Assembly (NCBI GenBank): GCA_016189025.1
Contig: JACPGS010000014.1
Span: 16,339 to 80,338, forward strand
From: Candidatus Magasanikiibacteriota bacterium
GTDB lineage: Bacteria > Patescibacteriota > Patescibacteriia > Magasanikbacterales > GWA2-37-8
DNA: 64,000 nt
Direction of reading: 5' to 3'
Both the position numbers and the translations under genes were made by a program. Positions within the stretch are counted from its first letter, which is position 1; every line of letters begins with the position of its first letter. The notes beneath the pieces are model-generated. The model saw only the letters and a list, made by a program, of their open reading frames with translations. It did no database searches and had not been told where the DNA came from. Positions 1 through 9,672 of the stretch are shown one piece after another.

Positions 1-658
1 AACGAATTATAGCATATGCCAATAAACCGGCAAACGGAATGGCGGAAAGAAAAACTATCGGATGTATCGCAATTCCATACGCTGGCAAAAACGCCAGGGG
101 CCCAATAATATCCAGAATAGCATAACCAATCAAAACATAACGCACCTGCACCTTGTGCAAACCAGTGGCCTGGCGATAATGGCGGATGAGGTTGACGAAA
201 AAGAAAACGAAATAGAAAAAGAAATAAACTAAAAAGATATGGTGCAAGGGGCCGGCTAAAGAATGAACCCCCCACTGATAGGTGTAGATACCGCTGATAA
301 ACTGACTAGACAACTGGCTGGCAGACAAAAAGACTAAAGCCAGGACATAACCAAGATACAACCACCGGCGCTGGCGATCAACTAATTGGCTGTAGAGTAA
401 GCCAAAGTGATACAAAAAAACCGGAATAAAAACAACACCGGCATAAATGAAACGATCCCAGCGTATTTGCGCCATTTCGGTCGTGGCATTAAACAAGAAA
501 AAGGTGCCAAACAGCCAAATCGCAATACCAACGGTGTAAAGGAAAAATAAAATCTGCAGGAGATCCTTAGGTTTTTTAAGCCAAACAAAAAATCCCAGCG
601 CCAATGCGATAACGCCGCTAACGAGGGGTAGTAATGATATTAGCGAACGGATTTCCAC
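1..658 (-). CDS. Integral membrane protein, partial: polytopic N-terminal region; the C-terminal part and stop codon lie beyond the window start. Possibly the membrane domain of a sensor.
   Basis: Own translation of the minus strand from GTG at 658 (alternative TTG at 664-676) down to position 1 gives about 219 aa with no stop. It is hydrophobic throughout (...ISLLPLVSGVIALALGFFVWL...IAIWLFGTFFLF...LIGYAILDIIGPLAF...). The ORF track did not list it, probably because its stop is off-window. The listed 382..588 ORF is a shadow frame. Confidence 0.45.
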   Translation of the reverse strand, partial: MEIRSLISLLPLVSGVIALALGFFVWLKKPKDLLQILFFLYTVGIAIWLFGTFFLFNATTEMAQIRWDRFIYAGVVFIPVFLYHFGLLYSQLVDRQRRWLYLGYVLALVFLSASQLSSQFISGIYTYQWGVHSLAGPLHHIFLVYFFFYFVFFFVNLIRHYRQATGLHKVQVRYVLIGYAILDIIGPLAFLPAYGIAIHPIVFLSAIPFAGLLAYAIIR

Positions 659-691
659 ATTCAAAATAGTCAACAATAACCGCTAATTACC

Positions 692-721
692 ATACCGAAA
701 AAACACCGCTTTGTCAACCGG
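692..721 (-). promoter_or_regulatory. Candidate sigma70-type promoter for the 1..658 membrane gene (-35 TTGACA, 18-nt spacer, -10 TATGGT, read on the minus strand).
   Basis: Reverse complement of 692-721 reads TTGACAaagcggtgttttttcggTATGGT; it sits about 30 nt upstream of the candidate start codons. Confidence 0.3.
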
Positions 722-761
722 TTTCTCATCTTCTGATAATACATGCACCCAACTAAAAATC

Positions 762-792
762 CCCCCAATCAGCTTGGAGGGATTTAAAAACT
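762..792 (-). terminator. Intrinsic terminator-like hairpin downstream of the pilin gene.
   Basis: Minus-strand reading gives aaatccc-tccaagctgattg-gggggattt followed by a T-rich run; a stem of about 7 bp lies immediately 3' of the pilin stop at 832. Confidence 0.35.
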
Positions 793-831
793 ATCCAGTA
801 ATTATTTACCCGAAACCAAACGGTGCGGAAT

Positions 832-1260
832 TTACTGCTTGCTGATGCCGGCTGGTTTAAGTTTAATCGCCCCGCTTAAACCGCTGGTGTCGCCTTCCAG
901 CGTAGCGGTAATGGTATAGTCGTTGGCGCCGCTCACCGTGTAAACGTAGGCGCCGCTCTGCGGATCGGCCGGAACTTGACCCATATACGGGTTAGCGCAG
1001 CCGGTCGCCTGGAATCCGCTGCCGTTAAGACAAGCGTAATCGCCGGCTCCCAAGGTGACATTCGTGCCTGCGGGATAAGCATTTTTGTCCGTGTAGTAAA
1101 GCTCCAGCGCAGTCTGCATCTGCTTTAAGTCGGAGAGCCGTTTGGCATCGCGCGCCTTAACGCGGGCGCTGCCGAGCGCCACCACCGCCAGAGTGGAGAG
1201 CAGGCCAATGATGGCTACTACCACAATCAGTTCAATCAAAGTAAAACCTTTCGTCTTCAT
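832..1260 (-). CDS. Type IV pilin / pseudopilin-like protein with a prepilin-type N-terminal cleavage/methylation domain.
   Basis: MKTKGFTLIELIVVVAIIGLLSTLAVVAL... is the class-III signal motif (G-FTLIE plus hydrophobic helix). The ATG at 1260 is preceded by the strong SD aggaggtga. The ORF track begins further upstream at 1305. Confidence 0.75.
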   Translation of the reverse strand: MKTKGFTLIELIVVVAIIGLLSTLAVVALGSARVKARDAKRLSDLKQMQTALELYYTDKNAYPAGTNVTLGAGDYACLNGSGFQATGCANPYMGQVPADPQSGAYVYTVSGANDYTITATLEGDTSGLSGAIKLKPAGISKQ

Positions 1261-1307
1261 ACTGTCACCTCCTTTCGTAATGTCAGATCCATATTGATCA
1301 TTCAAAC

Positions 1308-1706
1308 TTAACGTTTACCGTTTTTTGCCGCCTTCATCGCCGAGCGCACTTTGGCTACTACCTCCGAAGGCTTAAAATGTGCCTTAATTAAATAATCCGC
1401 GGCGCCCTGCTGCAGCCCCTTTTCTACGTCATCTTTCTGCCCCAGATTGGTGAGCAAAATCACCGGGATATCTTTGGTAGCCGGGTCGGCCTTCAGCCGC
1501 TCCAGCACCACAAAGCCGTCCAGTTTGGGCAGTAAAATATCCAGCAATATCGCATCCGGCTTTTTCTTTTTGGCCTCCAGCAGCCCTTTTTCTCCGTTTT
1601 CCGCCTGGCTCACCTTAAATCCTTCCATTTCAAACTTCTTCTGGTAAATTCCGGCCAAAAAAACATCGTCCTCCACCAATAAAATATGAATTTTCTTTTT
1701 TTCCAT
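1308..1706 (-). CDS. Single-domain response regulator (CheY/PilH-like receiver domain).
   Basis: HILLVEDD ... AILLDILLP (phospho-acceptor Asp) ... ILLTNLG ... DYLIKAHFKP are receiver-domain signatures. The likely start is MEKKK at 1706. The upstream extension listed by the ORF track (MSAFFYSF...) is a translation of repeat A1. Confidence 0.75.
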   Translation of the reverse strand: MEKKKIHILLVEDDVFLAGIYQKKFEMEGFKVSQAENGEKGLLEAKKKKPDAILLDILLPKLDGFVVLERLKADPATKDIPVILLTNLGQKDDVEKGLQQGAADYLIKAHFKPSEVVAKVRSAMKAAKNGKR

Positions 1707-1758
1707 ATTTGTTAAGTGCTTAGCCAATAGGACATCATCTGTCAACCATAAACTGAAA

Positions 1759-1938
1759 CTGTAGAAGAATGCTGACAATATCGTTTTTTACCTGGGCGCT
1801 ATCGCTATTGCTCTAGAATTTACTTGGTTGGTCGCGGCAGACACTCTTTGGGTGCTCTCCCGACTTAGTCGGGATGCGCGCCCAAAGACACTCGTCTGCC
1901 GCGCCCTGATGCTGACTGGATTTTTAATTCTTCTACAG
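1759..1938 (+). repeat. Interspersed repeat family A, copy 1 (about 180 bp, bounded by the 12-bp terminal inverted repeats ctgtagaagaat / attcttctacag, with a long internal hairpin).
   Basis: Near-identical copies lie at 26342-26520, 46143-46324 and 54650-54820. The core ...ggtcgctatcgctattgct...gcggcagacactctttgggtgctc-cccgacttagtcggg-atgcgcgcccaaagacactcgtctgccgcgccctgatgcta... is conserved and forms an imperfect long stem-loop. Confidence 0.8.
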
Positions 1939-1961
1939 TATCTGGCTATGAACTACTTAAA

Positions 1962-3122
1962 TCATACCACACCCCGCAAAGCCAGTCCAATCGCCACTGC
2001 CAGCCGCGGCCCTAAATCATCCAGAATCGGCTTTAACCCTTCCTGGTAAATTACCCGGCCCCAAGGGTCGCCCAGGTAGCATTTAAGGCGGAACTGCTCG
2101 GCCAGATATTCGGATAAGCCAGGCAGTTCGGCCGCGCCGCCGGTTAAAATAATCTTTTCCGGGGCGCGCCCGGCGGCGCCGCTCTCCCGCCGATACAGCA
2201 CCATCCCGTATTCAATTTCTTTCACCAAAGGCTGCAATACCGGCGCTAACAATTCAATAAATTTACTGCGATTCAGGCCGGCCGGTAGATTGGCGCCTCC
2301 CACAAATAAATCGCGCCGCAGCTGCTCTACTGCTTCTCCCTTGATGCCGAGAACGCTCTCCAGCCGGGCGGCAATCTGCCGGCCGCCCAATTCTACGCTT
2401 TGGTGGGTTACCGGCACCCCGCCCTCCACCATAAAGAAGTTGGTCCGCTCGGCGCCTAAATCCAGAAGCAACACCACTGCTTCGTCGCGCCCCACCAGCG
2501 AGCGCACCAGGGCAACGGCCTCGGTTTCGAGCGCCGCGAGTTTCAGCCCTGCCGCGGCAAACACCCGCGTATAAAAAGTTACCAGCTCCCGGGGCACGGC
2601 GTTCAACAGCACCTGCTCGGTTTTATCGGCATTCTCGGCTTTCCCCGGCGGCAGCACCTGGTAATCCAAAGTGGCCTCGGCCGCCGGGTAAGGCAAAAGT
2701 TTTTCCGCCTCGGCTTCAATTTGGGCGCGCCGGTTTTTGGGGTCACCCAGGGGAATGGTGAGCAAAGCGTGGAACACGGCAGTTACCGGCAATGATGCTA
2801 CGGCGGTTTTGGTAAGGACTTGCGCCTGCCGGCAAACCTCGCGCAGCTCCCGGCCATAGCGTTCTTCGGCTTGGGCCAGGGCGGCCGTTGCCGTGGGCAA
2901 GACTGCCGCGGCGCCGGGCGCTGCAGCGGCGGCCGGTGATTCTCCTTCGGCTTTAGCTCCCCCTGGTCGGGCTAACCGCGCCAGGGCGTGAATATCGGTC
3001 GGCGCGGCCGTATATCCGTAAGTATGGAGCACCGGACGGTTTTTAACCTTTTTTAATTCTACCACCTTTACGCCAAAGGCGCCAAAATCTACCCCCAAAA
3101 ATGATGGCGGTTTGCCGAACAT
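1962..3122 (-). CDS. pilM: Type IV pilus assembly protein PilM (actin-like ATPase fold).
   Basis: The N-terminus ...FLGVDFGAFGVKVVELKK... and C-terminus ...KIILTGGAAELPGLSEYLAEQF... are typical of PilM. The likely start is the ATG at 3122 (MFGKPP...); the ORF track extends to 3215. Confidence 0.75.
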   Translation of the reverse strand: MFGKPPSFLGVDFGAFGVKVVELKKVKNRPVLHTYGYTAAPTDIHALARLARPGGAKAEGESPAAAAAPGAAAVLPTATAALAQAEERYGRELREVCRQAQVLTKTAVASLPVTAVFHALLTIPLGDPKNRRAQIEAEAEKLLPYPAAEATLDYQVLPPGKAENADKTEQVLLNAVPRELVTFYTRVFAAAGLKLAALETEAVALVRSLVGRDEAVVLLLDLGAERTNFFMVEGGVPVTHQSVELGGRQIAARLESVLGIKGEAVEQLRRDLFVGGANLPAGLNRSKFIELLAPVLQPLVKEIEYGMVLYRRESGAAGRAPEKIILTGGAAELPGLSEYLAEQFRLKCYLGDPWGRVIYQEGLKPILDDLGPRLAVAIGLALRGVV

Positions 3123-3205
3123 ATACGGGTAGTATAGCAGAAAAGGAATGAGGCCGCCAGCGGCGCTGTTGATAAGTAAGGTAAGAGGATGGTACAATCC
3201 TGAAT

Positions 3206-4597
3206 ATGGCAACAATCAACTTCTACAACACCCTCACCCGCCAATTAGAAGAATTTAAACCCATCAAAAAGGGGCGCGCTGGCCTGTATACCTGCGGCCC
3301 CACGGTGTATAACTACGCCCACCTGGGGAACCTGCGCACTTATATTTTTGAGGATGTTTTGAAGCGGGTCTTGGTCTATAACGGCTACCGCGTCAAAAAC
3401 GTGATGAACATCACCGACGTCGGGCACTTAACGAGCGACGCTGATGAAGGCGAGGATAAAATGGAGAAGGGGGCGCGGCGGGAAGGCAAAACTGCCTGGG
3501 AAATTGCTGATTTTTACACCGCCGAGTTTTTAAAAGATTTAGCGGAATTGAATATCGGGCGGCCGGACCTGCTCCCCCGCGCTACCGAACATATTAAAGA
3601 ACAAATTACCCTGGTGAAAAAACTGGAGAAAAATGGCTTTACCTACCGTACCGTGGACGGCATTTATTTTGACACCAGTAAATTGCCGGGCTACGGCCGC
3701 CTGGCTAATCTTGCCAAGCAAAAACTGCGCGCCGGGGTGCGGGTGGACATCGGCGACAAACGCCACCCCACTGATTTTGCCCTCTGGAAATTTTCCCCGC
3801 CTTTAGAAAAACGGCAGATGGAGTGGCCGAGCCCCTGGGGCACGGGGTTCCCGGGCTGGCACCTGGAATGCTCGGCGATGAGCACCAAATACCTGGGGCA
3901 GCCGTTTGACCTCCACTGCGGCGGCATTGACCATGTGCCGGTGCACCATACCAACGAAATTGCCCAAAGCGAGGCGGCGGCGGGCAAACCGCTGGCTAAC
4001 TATTGGCTGCATGGCGAATTTTTAGTGCTACCCGGCGGCAAAATGGCCAAGTCAGCCGATAATTTTATTACTCTACGTACTCTTACCGAACGCGGCCTTC
4101 TCCCCCTGGCTTATCGCTACTTTGTCCTGCAGACCCACTACCGCAAACCGCTGACGTTTGACTGGCGGGCGCTTCGGGCCGCGCAAAACGGCCTGCAGCA
4201 TCTGTACCAGATAATTCGGGAGTGGACCGAAGAGCCGGCAATCGGCTGCGCCGAATTTGAGGCGCGGTTTCTTACGGCGGTGAATAATGATCTGAATCTG
4301 CCCGAGGCTTTGGCCATTACCTGGGAGCTGATTAAAAGCGGCTATCCGGCAAGCGCCAAAAAGAGCACCTTGTTCAAATTTGACGAGGTGCTGGGACTGG
4401 GACTCCGGGAAGTCAAAGCAGAAGCCGAGCCTCCCTTGCCGGCCGCGGTGCAGACACTGGTTAAGGAACGCGACGCGGCCCGCGCCGCCAAAGACTGGGG
4501 CAAAAGCGACGCCCTGCGCCAACGCCTGGAGCGTCTGGATTATGAAGTACGCGATACGAAAGAAGGTACGAAAGTGGTAGAAAAAAACCGAAGATAG
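3206..4597 (+). CDS. cysS: Cysteinyl-tRNA synthetase.
   Basis: Class I motifs HLGNLR (HIGH) and KMAKS (KMSKS) are present, with CysRS-type conservation throughout (...[13 protein letters not shown]...WHLECSAM...). Confidence 0.95.
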   Translation: MATINFYNTLTRQLEEFKPIKKGRAGLYTCGPTVYNYAHLGNLRTYIFEDVLKRVLVYNGYRVKNVMNITDVGHLTSDADEGEDKMEKGARREGKTAWEIADFYTAEFLKDLAELNIGRPDLLPRATEHIKEQITLVKKLEKNGFTYRTVDGIYFDTSKLPGYGRLANLAKQKLRAGVRVDIGDKRHPTDFALWKFSPPLEKRQMEWPSPWGTGFPGWHLECSAMSTKYLGQPFDLHCGGIDHVPVHHTNEIAQSEAAAGKPLANYWLHGEFLVLPGGKMAKSADNFITLRTLTERGLLPLAYRYFVLQTHYRKPLTFDWRALRAAQNGLQHLYQIIREWTEEPAIGCAEFEARFLTAVNNDLNLPEALAITWELIKSGYPASAKKSTLFKFDEVLGLGLREVKAEAEPPLPAAVQTLVKERDAARAAKDWGKSDALRQRLERLDYEVRDTKEGTKVVEKNRR

Positions 4598-4621
4598 ATA
4601 CTCCTGCTTACGAAAACAAAA

Positions 4622-4650
4622 AAATCGCCGAGCAGGGCGATGTGTTTTAG
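4622..4650. terminator. Bidirectional intrinsic terminator between convergent cysS and pepN.
   Basis: aaaaaaatcgcc-gagcag-ggcgat-gtgtttt is a hairpin with an A-run 5' and a T-run 3'. A second GC-rich hairpin plus T-run lies at about 4700-4745. Confidence 0.5.
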
Positions 4651-4747
4651 GTAGGCTATCCCGGGGGAACGCACGAATTGTCTCGCGCGCCCCCCGGGGT
4701 ATTTTTGAATTGACGCCGGCGCGCCTCCTTTCCGCGCCGGTTTTGTT

Positions 4748-6550
4748 TCAGGCCGTGGCCGCCACGCCCAGGGCTGCATCCAGCAGGCCCTGTACCACCT
4801 TCTGCGCCACCGGATGGTAGCGGTCGCAATACTGGCCGAAACACTCCGTGGCCAGCTCCTGGAAGCCGCGATGATGGCTGGCGGCGAGCGCCCGGTAGAG
4901 GGGTTTGAGATAGGCGAGGCGCCCCACTTCGCCGAGGAACGTGCGCACGTAGGGCAGCGCCGGCTCGTAGCCGGACTCCACCGCGAGCAGGAGCCAGGCC
5001 GCCCGCACCTCGGCGCTCCGGTGCTCGCCTAGGCGCAGGCGAGCGAATTCGGAGCAGACGAAGTGGTCCACCTGCCGCTTGAACAGGTTCAGGCACAGCA
5101 CCCACTGGGCGCTGGTCCACTTCTCCCCGACGGCTCGGGTCGGGGCGTCGCGAAGGCTCAAGGCATACAACTCCGCCGTCCTGATCGCTTCGCCCGCGAT
5201 TACCGGCGCGTTCAGCGGCAACCCCTCGGACCGGTAGACCCAGTCCTCGGCGTCAACCGCCTTGGCCGCGCCGGGGAGTTCACTATCCAGAAAAGCGAGG
5301 AATTGCTCGGTGGTGAGGCTCTGGAAGCGGAAACGGGCGATGTACTTCCGAACGAACGCATCCCAGCGCTCCCGCCCGACGTGATTCTCCAGCGCCCAGA
5401 GGAACATAGCGCCCTTGTGATAGGGCACTCGCGATAACACCTCGTCCGGGTCCACGGCCGTAAGGTCGGTGACCAGACGCAGATAGCGTGACTTTCCATC
5501 GGTCGCGAACGCTGCGCAGTCGCGTTCGTACTGCTTGGCCAGGAGCGCCCGCACCAGCATCGCCTGCTCCACTCCGTATACCGCCTCCAGTATCCGCCCC
5601 TCGGCCCAGGTGGTCCAGCCCTCGTTCAGCCAGAAGTCGCGCCACCCGGCGTTGGTCACCAGGTTGCCGAACCAGGCGTGCGCCAGCTCGTGCGCCACCA
5701 CGTACACCAGCGACCGGTCGCCGGCGATGATGGCGGGGGTGATGAAGGCGAGCGTCGGGTTCTCCATGCCGCCGTAGGGGAAGCTAGGCGGCGGAACGAG
5801 CAGGCTGAACTCGCCCCAGGGGTAAGCGCCGAACAGCGCCTCACCCGCCCGAATCAGGCTCTCCACCGCGGCGAACTCCTGCGCCGCTGCCCTGACCACT
5901 GACGGCTCGGCCCACACCCGGGAGCGCAGACCGATCTCCCAGTTCTCCAGCTCGCCCACCGCGAAGGCAAAGAGATATGCCGGCACCTGGTTTTTCATCT
6001 GCCAGCGCTCCACCGCGAAGTTGCCTTCTTCACGGCGCTCCAGGCTCTGCGCCGCCATCAGGCCGCGCAGCTCCCGCGGCACCGTGAGCTCACCGGTGAA
6101 GGTGAAACGCACGCCCGGGGTGTCCTGGCAGGGCAGGAACGAGCGAGCGTTCAGGCACTGCCCCTGGCTGAACAGGAACGGGTGCTGGCGGCCCGCGGTC
6201 TGCTCCGGCGTGAGCCACTGGAGGCCGCTTGCCTCCGGCGTGGTGCGGTAGACGATGCGAACGCGGCCGTTCGCGGGCACCGTTACCGTGAGGCAAGCGC
6301 CGAGGAGCGAATCCGGCTCGTGCCGTTCAAACTGAAGCGTGCCCCCTTCTCCGTCGGTCACGGTCCGGATGGCAAGGCCGCGGGTATCCAGGTCCACCTC
6401 GCCGCCCTGGTTGAAGTGAAGCGTCGCCTGGCAAGAGAGCGTCCGCGTCGCGAAGTCAACGGCCGCCCGCCAATCAACGTGGGTCGTCTTCGGCTGACCC
6501 TTGCCGTAGTAAGAATGCGGATCTGGTCTGTCAACGAACGGTTCGCGCAA
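4748..6550 (-). CDS. pepN: M1-family zinc aminopeptidase (aminopeptidase N / LTA4-hydrolase-like).
   Basis: The zinc motif HELAHAWFGN (HEXXH) and downstream LNEGWTTW (zinc-ligand Glu) are present. The start is TTG at 6550 with SD aaaggaga. The gene is about 68-72% GC, far above its neighbours. Confidence 0.85.
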   Translation of the reverse strand: MREPFVDRPDPHSYYGKGQPKTTHVDWRAAVDFATRTLSCQATLHFNQGGEVDLDTRGLAIRTVTDGEGGTLQFERHEPDSLLGACLTVTVPANGRVRIVYRTTPEASGLQWLTPEQTAGRQHPFLFSQGQCLNARSFLPCQDTPGVRFTFTGELTVPRELRGLMAAQSLERREEGNFAVERWQMKNQVPAYLFAFAVGELENWEIGLRSRVWAEPSVVRAAAQEFAAVESLIRAGEALFGAYPWGEFSLLVPPPSFPYGGMENPTLAFITPAIIAGDRSLVYVVAHELAHAWFGNLVTNAGWRDFWLNEGWTTWAEGRILEAVYGVEQAMLVRALLAKQYERDCAAFATDGKSRYLRLVTDLTAVDPDEVLSRVPYHKGAMFLWALENHVGRERWDAFVRKYIARFRFQSLTTEQFLAFLDSELPGAAKAVDAEDWVYRSEGLPLNAPVIAGEAIRTAELYALSLRDAPTRAVGEKWTSAQWVLCLNLFKRQVDHFVCSEFARLRLGEHRSAEVRAAWLLLAVESGYEPALPYVRTFLGEVGRLAYLKPLYRALAASHHRGFQELATECFGQYCDRYHPVAQKVVQGLLDAALGVAATA

Positions 6551-6670
6551 GGTCTTCTCCTTTTTGGTTGGTAGCGTTATCAGCCATTGGTTGCGCCCCA
6601 GCGGCTGGGAATTCTTGAATTAAACTAAAATTAGCATTATTAACCCAAAAAGTCAACTCCGGCAACAAAA

Positions 6671-6705
6671 AATCGCCCCTGTTAGAGGGCGATATTTTTT
6701 ATGCT
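6671..6705. terminator. Bidirectional intrinsic terminator 3' of the corA-like gene.
   Basis: aaaaaatcgccc-ctgttaga-gggcgat-atttttt is a perfect 7-bp stem flanked by A and T runs. Confidence 0.5.
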
Positions 6706-7632
6706 TCACAACCATCCCTTCTTCTTAAATAACCCTAACATCCCGCCGGCGCCCAAAATCACCAAAGCCAAAATTATCCAGAATCCGCCGGGCCAACCCA
6801 CCAACGGCGTGCCCCGTGCCCGCACCGCCAACACGGTAGCGAGCAAAGTCAGCGGGAAAGTAAGCACGGCAATAATGGTAAGCGTCTTCATAATTTCGTT
6901 GGTGCGCATGGCAAGGAGCGACTCGCTGGTTTCGTGCAGAGCATTGATGCTCTCTTTCTGGCTCTCCAGCATCTGCCAGATTTCGCCGGCAAATTCGCGC
7001 AGGTCGTTGAGGTAATGCTGGTAGCTGCCTAAATCAAGCTCGCGCCCGGCATAACGGATTAACCGGTCCAGCACCAGCCGGTGCCCCTGCATGGTGCGGC
7101 GAAAAGTTACCGTATTGGTCTTGAGGCGCAAAATTTCCTCGGCCAGCTCGCGGGGCGGCAGCTTACGAAACAACATCCGGTCTACCCGCGTAATGTCGTC
7201 GTTGACGTGCAGGAGAATAGGAAAAATTGAATCCAGCAAACGGCTTAACAATTCCAACAGCAAGTGCGCGGCGGTGCCGGCAAAATAATTGGCGCGCGCC
7301 GTGGCCCCCTTGGCGCACTCGGCAAAAAATTCTCCCAGGGGCACCAGCTTGCCGTCGTGCACCGTAAGCAAAAATTGCCCGCTCAAGAAAAAATCAACCT
7401 CGGTAAACCCCAGCTTGCGGCTGTCGCGGTCAAACACCGGCCATTGCAGTACCAAAAAGTAGTAGCTGCCACGCTTGACGATTTTAGGGCGCTGAAAAGG
7501 CGGCAGGCTTTCTTTAATGTCGGGCTCCAGCAATCCAAAACGCTGCTGAATCTCGCGGAGCTCCTTCTCGCCCTGTTTAGTAACATTTACCCACACCACT
7601 CCGCCGTGGCTGATGTCGTGAAGATGCTTCAT
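6706..7632 (-). CDS. CorA-family divalent cation transporter-like protein (atypical; no canonical GMN motif seen).
   Basis: The N-terminal soluble domain and two C-terminal TM helices fit CorA/ZntB architecture (...VWVNVTKQGEKELREIQ...; ...TIIAVLTFPLTLLATVLA...ILALVILGAGGMLGLF). The likely start is the ATG at 7632 (MKHLHDI...). Confidence 0.55.
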   Translation of the reverse strand: MKHLHDISHGGVVWVNVTKQGEKELREIQQRFGLLEPDIKESLPPFQRPKIVKRGSYYFLVLQWPVFDRDSRKLGFTEVDFFLSGQFLLTVHDGKLVPLGEFFAECAKGATARANYFAGTAAHLLLELLSRLLDSIFPILLHVNDDITRVDRMLFRKLPPRELAEEILRLKTNTVTFRRTMQGHRLVLDRLIRYAGRELDLGSYQHYLNDLREFAGEIWQMLESQKESINALHETSESLLAMRTNEIMKTLTIIAVLTFPLTLLATVLAVRARGTPLVGWPGGFWIILALVILGAGGMLGLFKKKGWL

Positions 7633-7684
7633 ACCCCTATAGTATACCAAAAACCAGCGCCCTCTGCCATCACTCATCACTAAT

Positions 7685-7800
7685 TTAAAACCCCGACTAA
7701 GTCGGAGCTAATCCTCTGCCCGCCAGTGGCTGACGAATCGCTGACGAATAAAGGACAATGGCGGACGATGGAGTGAAATCCCCTCCCTTCGTTTCTCCAT
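7685..7800. repeat. Short intergenic repeat: a ccccgactaagtcgg hairpin plus a conserved aataaaggacaatggcggacgatggagtgaaatcccctcc module with its own hairpin (ggacgatggag...ctccatcgtcc).
   Basis: The same two modules recur at 11984-12108; a diverged version (ggacgacgaggacgatg...catcgtcc) lies at 9610-9665. All sit upstream of consecutive minus-strand genes (corA-like, helicase, sigma). The cccgact(t/a)agtcggg hairpin also forms the centre of repeat family A. Confidence 0.5.
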
Positions 7801-7844
7801 CGTCCGTACTGCTTAACGTATCCCTGGCCGTCAGCTTCCGGCCG

Positions 7845-9449
7845 TTAGCGCCGTTGGGCAGCCAGGATATCGGAAAGAGCGTAGCAAGTTACTAACTGGC
7901 CGCTGTTACCCAAAGCGCGGCGGGAACGTACCAAGCCATCATACACCTGAAGCCGAGGATTATCCCAGGCAATACCCCGCCGGCGCAGACTATTCAGGGT
8001 CAGCCAGGTTTCACCGTCAGCCTCAAACACACCATCCTCCCCGGTACAATACTCGCCCGCCAATGCCGGAACGCGGTAGCGCTCGCCGGCTCCGGCTGAA
8101 TCCAGGTAAGGAGAAGCTGCCACCCCTGCTACGTCTGTCCCCGGGCCAAGAATTATAGCGCCGGCTGGTACCTCCATGCCCGGCGGCAAAAATAAATCTG
8201 GCGCTGAAAGCGGCTGATAGGTGGTGTTCCCAAAACGGCCGTCCACCACCAATGCCACTTTGCCATTCAAGGGACGCAAGATCCGTCCCAGGGTCTGAAG
8301 GTAGCCAACATAGGTCTTAAACGGCCTCAACATCAGGCAGACTTCCGCACCTTCTACGTCCCATCCCTCGCGCAGCACGTTCACCGAAGTAAGCAGACGT
8401 AGCGCGCCGCTGGCAAAGGCCGGCAGTATCCGGTTACGCCGTTTGGTTGAGGTATCGCTCACCACACAAGCCGACGGAATGCCATTCGCATTCATCGCCT
8501 CGGCGAGCTCGCGCGCAGTGTGCTGGCTAGGGCAAGCGGCAAACACCTGGCGACTAGCCAACTGATATTGCCCGCTTTGATAGAGCCGCGCCACTGCCCG
8601 CGTAATCTGCGACCAATGCCGCCCCAAGTGCTTCGCTAGTGCCTTGCCTTGGTAATCCAGCCCGGCTTCGCCCTCTCCCACCGGCAATCCCTCCAGGGAA
8701 ACGTCTAGCGCCAGGCTACCCCAAGCAAGCGGGCAGAGCCAGCCTTCGGTAACGCCCCAGGGAATGGTCCGGCGGTCCAACCGCAGGCTGAAGTTATTCT
8801 GCGCCAAACGTCCTGGCGCAGCGTAGAGCTGCTGGCCGTTGTCCAGAGTGACCGAGACAAAGTCAGGCCGATGCAGGACAGTCAGATAGTCCGGGGTGGC
8901 GGAGAATCCAATAATCACCGCTTCGGAGAAATGGCGCAACGCCCCTTGCGCCGGCTCGCCGTATCCCCAGTGGCACTCGTCAAAAATAATCAGATGCGGC
9001 TGGAACTCCGTCGCCAGCTCGTGGGCATACCGACCCAGGCTTTCGTCGGTAGTAACCACAATGTCCGAGTGCCGGTGACCCCGCGCTGCCACCACCTGAC
9101 CCGCCGCATTGCGGATGTCCGGCAAGCTGGCCAGGAACCCTACCATCCCGCCGCTAAACTTCACCACCGCCCGCGCTGTCTGCTCCACCAACAGTTTGGT
9201 CGGCTCCACTACCAGCACACGCAATCCGGTACAGAAGCGAGCCCAGGCCGCAAACTCCACAGTTTTGCCAAGGCCCGTGGCTTGCTCCACATAGGCGCGC
9301 CGCGTACCAGAGCGGTCCTCCAACCAATCTTTGGCGTGGTGAAAAGTTTCCCACTGATAACGGCGCAGGGGGGCCGGCAGTTGGCGGTGCCACTCCCGGA
9401 GGGCCGCCAGCCGCTCCGCGAGTGCACGCCGGATATCGTCGTGCCGCAT
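7845..9449 (-). CDS. Superfamily-2 DEAD/DEAH-box helicase-like protein (restriction-enzyme Res-subunit-like fold).
   Basis: Motif I TGLGKTVEF, motif II DECHWG (DExH) and later helicase C-domain motifs are present. The ATG at 9449 has a strong SD (ccaggagga). Confidence 0.7.
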   Translation of the reverse strand: MRHDDIRRALAERLAALREWHRQLPAPLRRYQWETFHHAKDWLEDRSGTRRAYVEQATGLGKTVEFAAWARFCTGLRVLVVEPTKLLVEQTARAVVKFSGGMVGFLASLPDIRNAAGQVVAARGHRHSDIVVTTDESLGRYAHELATEFQPHLIIFDECHWGYGEPAQGALRHFSEAVIIGFSATPDYLTVLHRPDFVSVTLDNGQQLYAAPGRLAQNNFSLRLDRRTIPWGVTEGWLCPLAWGSLALDVSLEGLPVGEGEAGLDYQGKALAKHLGRHWSQITRAVARLYQSGQYQLASRQVFAACPSQHTARELAEAMNANGIPSACVVSDTSTKRRNRILPAFASGALRLLTSVNVLREGWDVEGAEVCLMLRPFKTYVGYLQTLGRILRPLNGKVALVVDGRFGNTTYQPLSAPDLFLPPGMEVPAGAIILGPGTDVAGVAASPYLDSAGAGERYRVPALAGEYCTGEDGVFEADGETWLTLNSLRRRGIAWDNPRLQVYDGLVRSRRALGNSGQLVTCYALSDILAAQRR

Positions 9450-9481
9450 GGCAGTCCTCCTGGGGGTTGGTTGTTTTGTTA

Positions 9482-9510
9482 AAAGGGCACCAATGCCCTG
9501 CCATCAATTT
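9482..9510 (-). terminator. Intrinsic terminator downstream of the sigma-factor gene.
   Basis: Minus-strand reading gives gggcattggtgccc followed by ttttaacaaaac. Confidence 0.4.
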
Positions 9511-9672
9511 ATATCTAATCGCTTAATCATTGTCAAGATAAAAAATCAACTTTGATAAGACAAACTTTGGCAATTGAGAAACGTCCCTTGCCAGCTACTA
9601 ATAAGTAACTGACAAGGGACGACGAGGACGATGCGGTTTCGTTCCCTCCCTGCTGATGCCCTCATCGTCCTG

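Noticed and set aside
382-588. 68-aa minus-strand ORF from the track
   Set aside because: It is in a different frame from the continuous 219-codon membrane-protein ORF (1..658) that I translated manually, so it is a shadow ORF.
4656-6574. Numerous overlapping ORFs (for example 4656..5120-, 5063..5437+, 5488..5730+, 6182..6574+) over pepN
   Set aside because: They are Arg/Pro/Gly/Ala-rich shadow ORFs, expected in about 70% GC DNA; pepN with its HEXXH motif is the real gene.
6706-7632. M-box (Mg2+) riboswitch upstream of the corA-like gene
   Set aside because: The upstream element is shared with the helicase and sigma-factor genes and lacks recognisable M-box conserved helices, so it is more likely a generic repeat or terminator module.
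8871-9482. 203-aa plus-strand ORF antisense to the helicase gene
   Set aside because: The minus-strand frame carries clear SF2 helicase motifs (GLGKT, DECH); the plus-strand ORF is a shadow.
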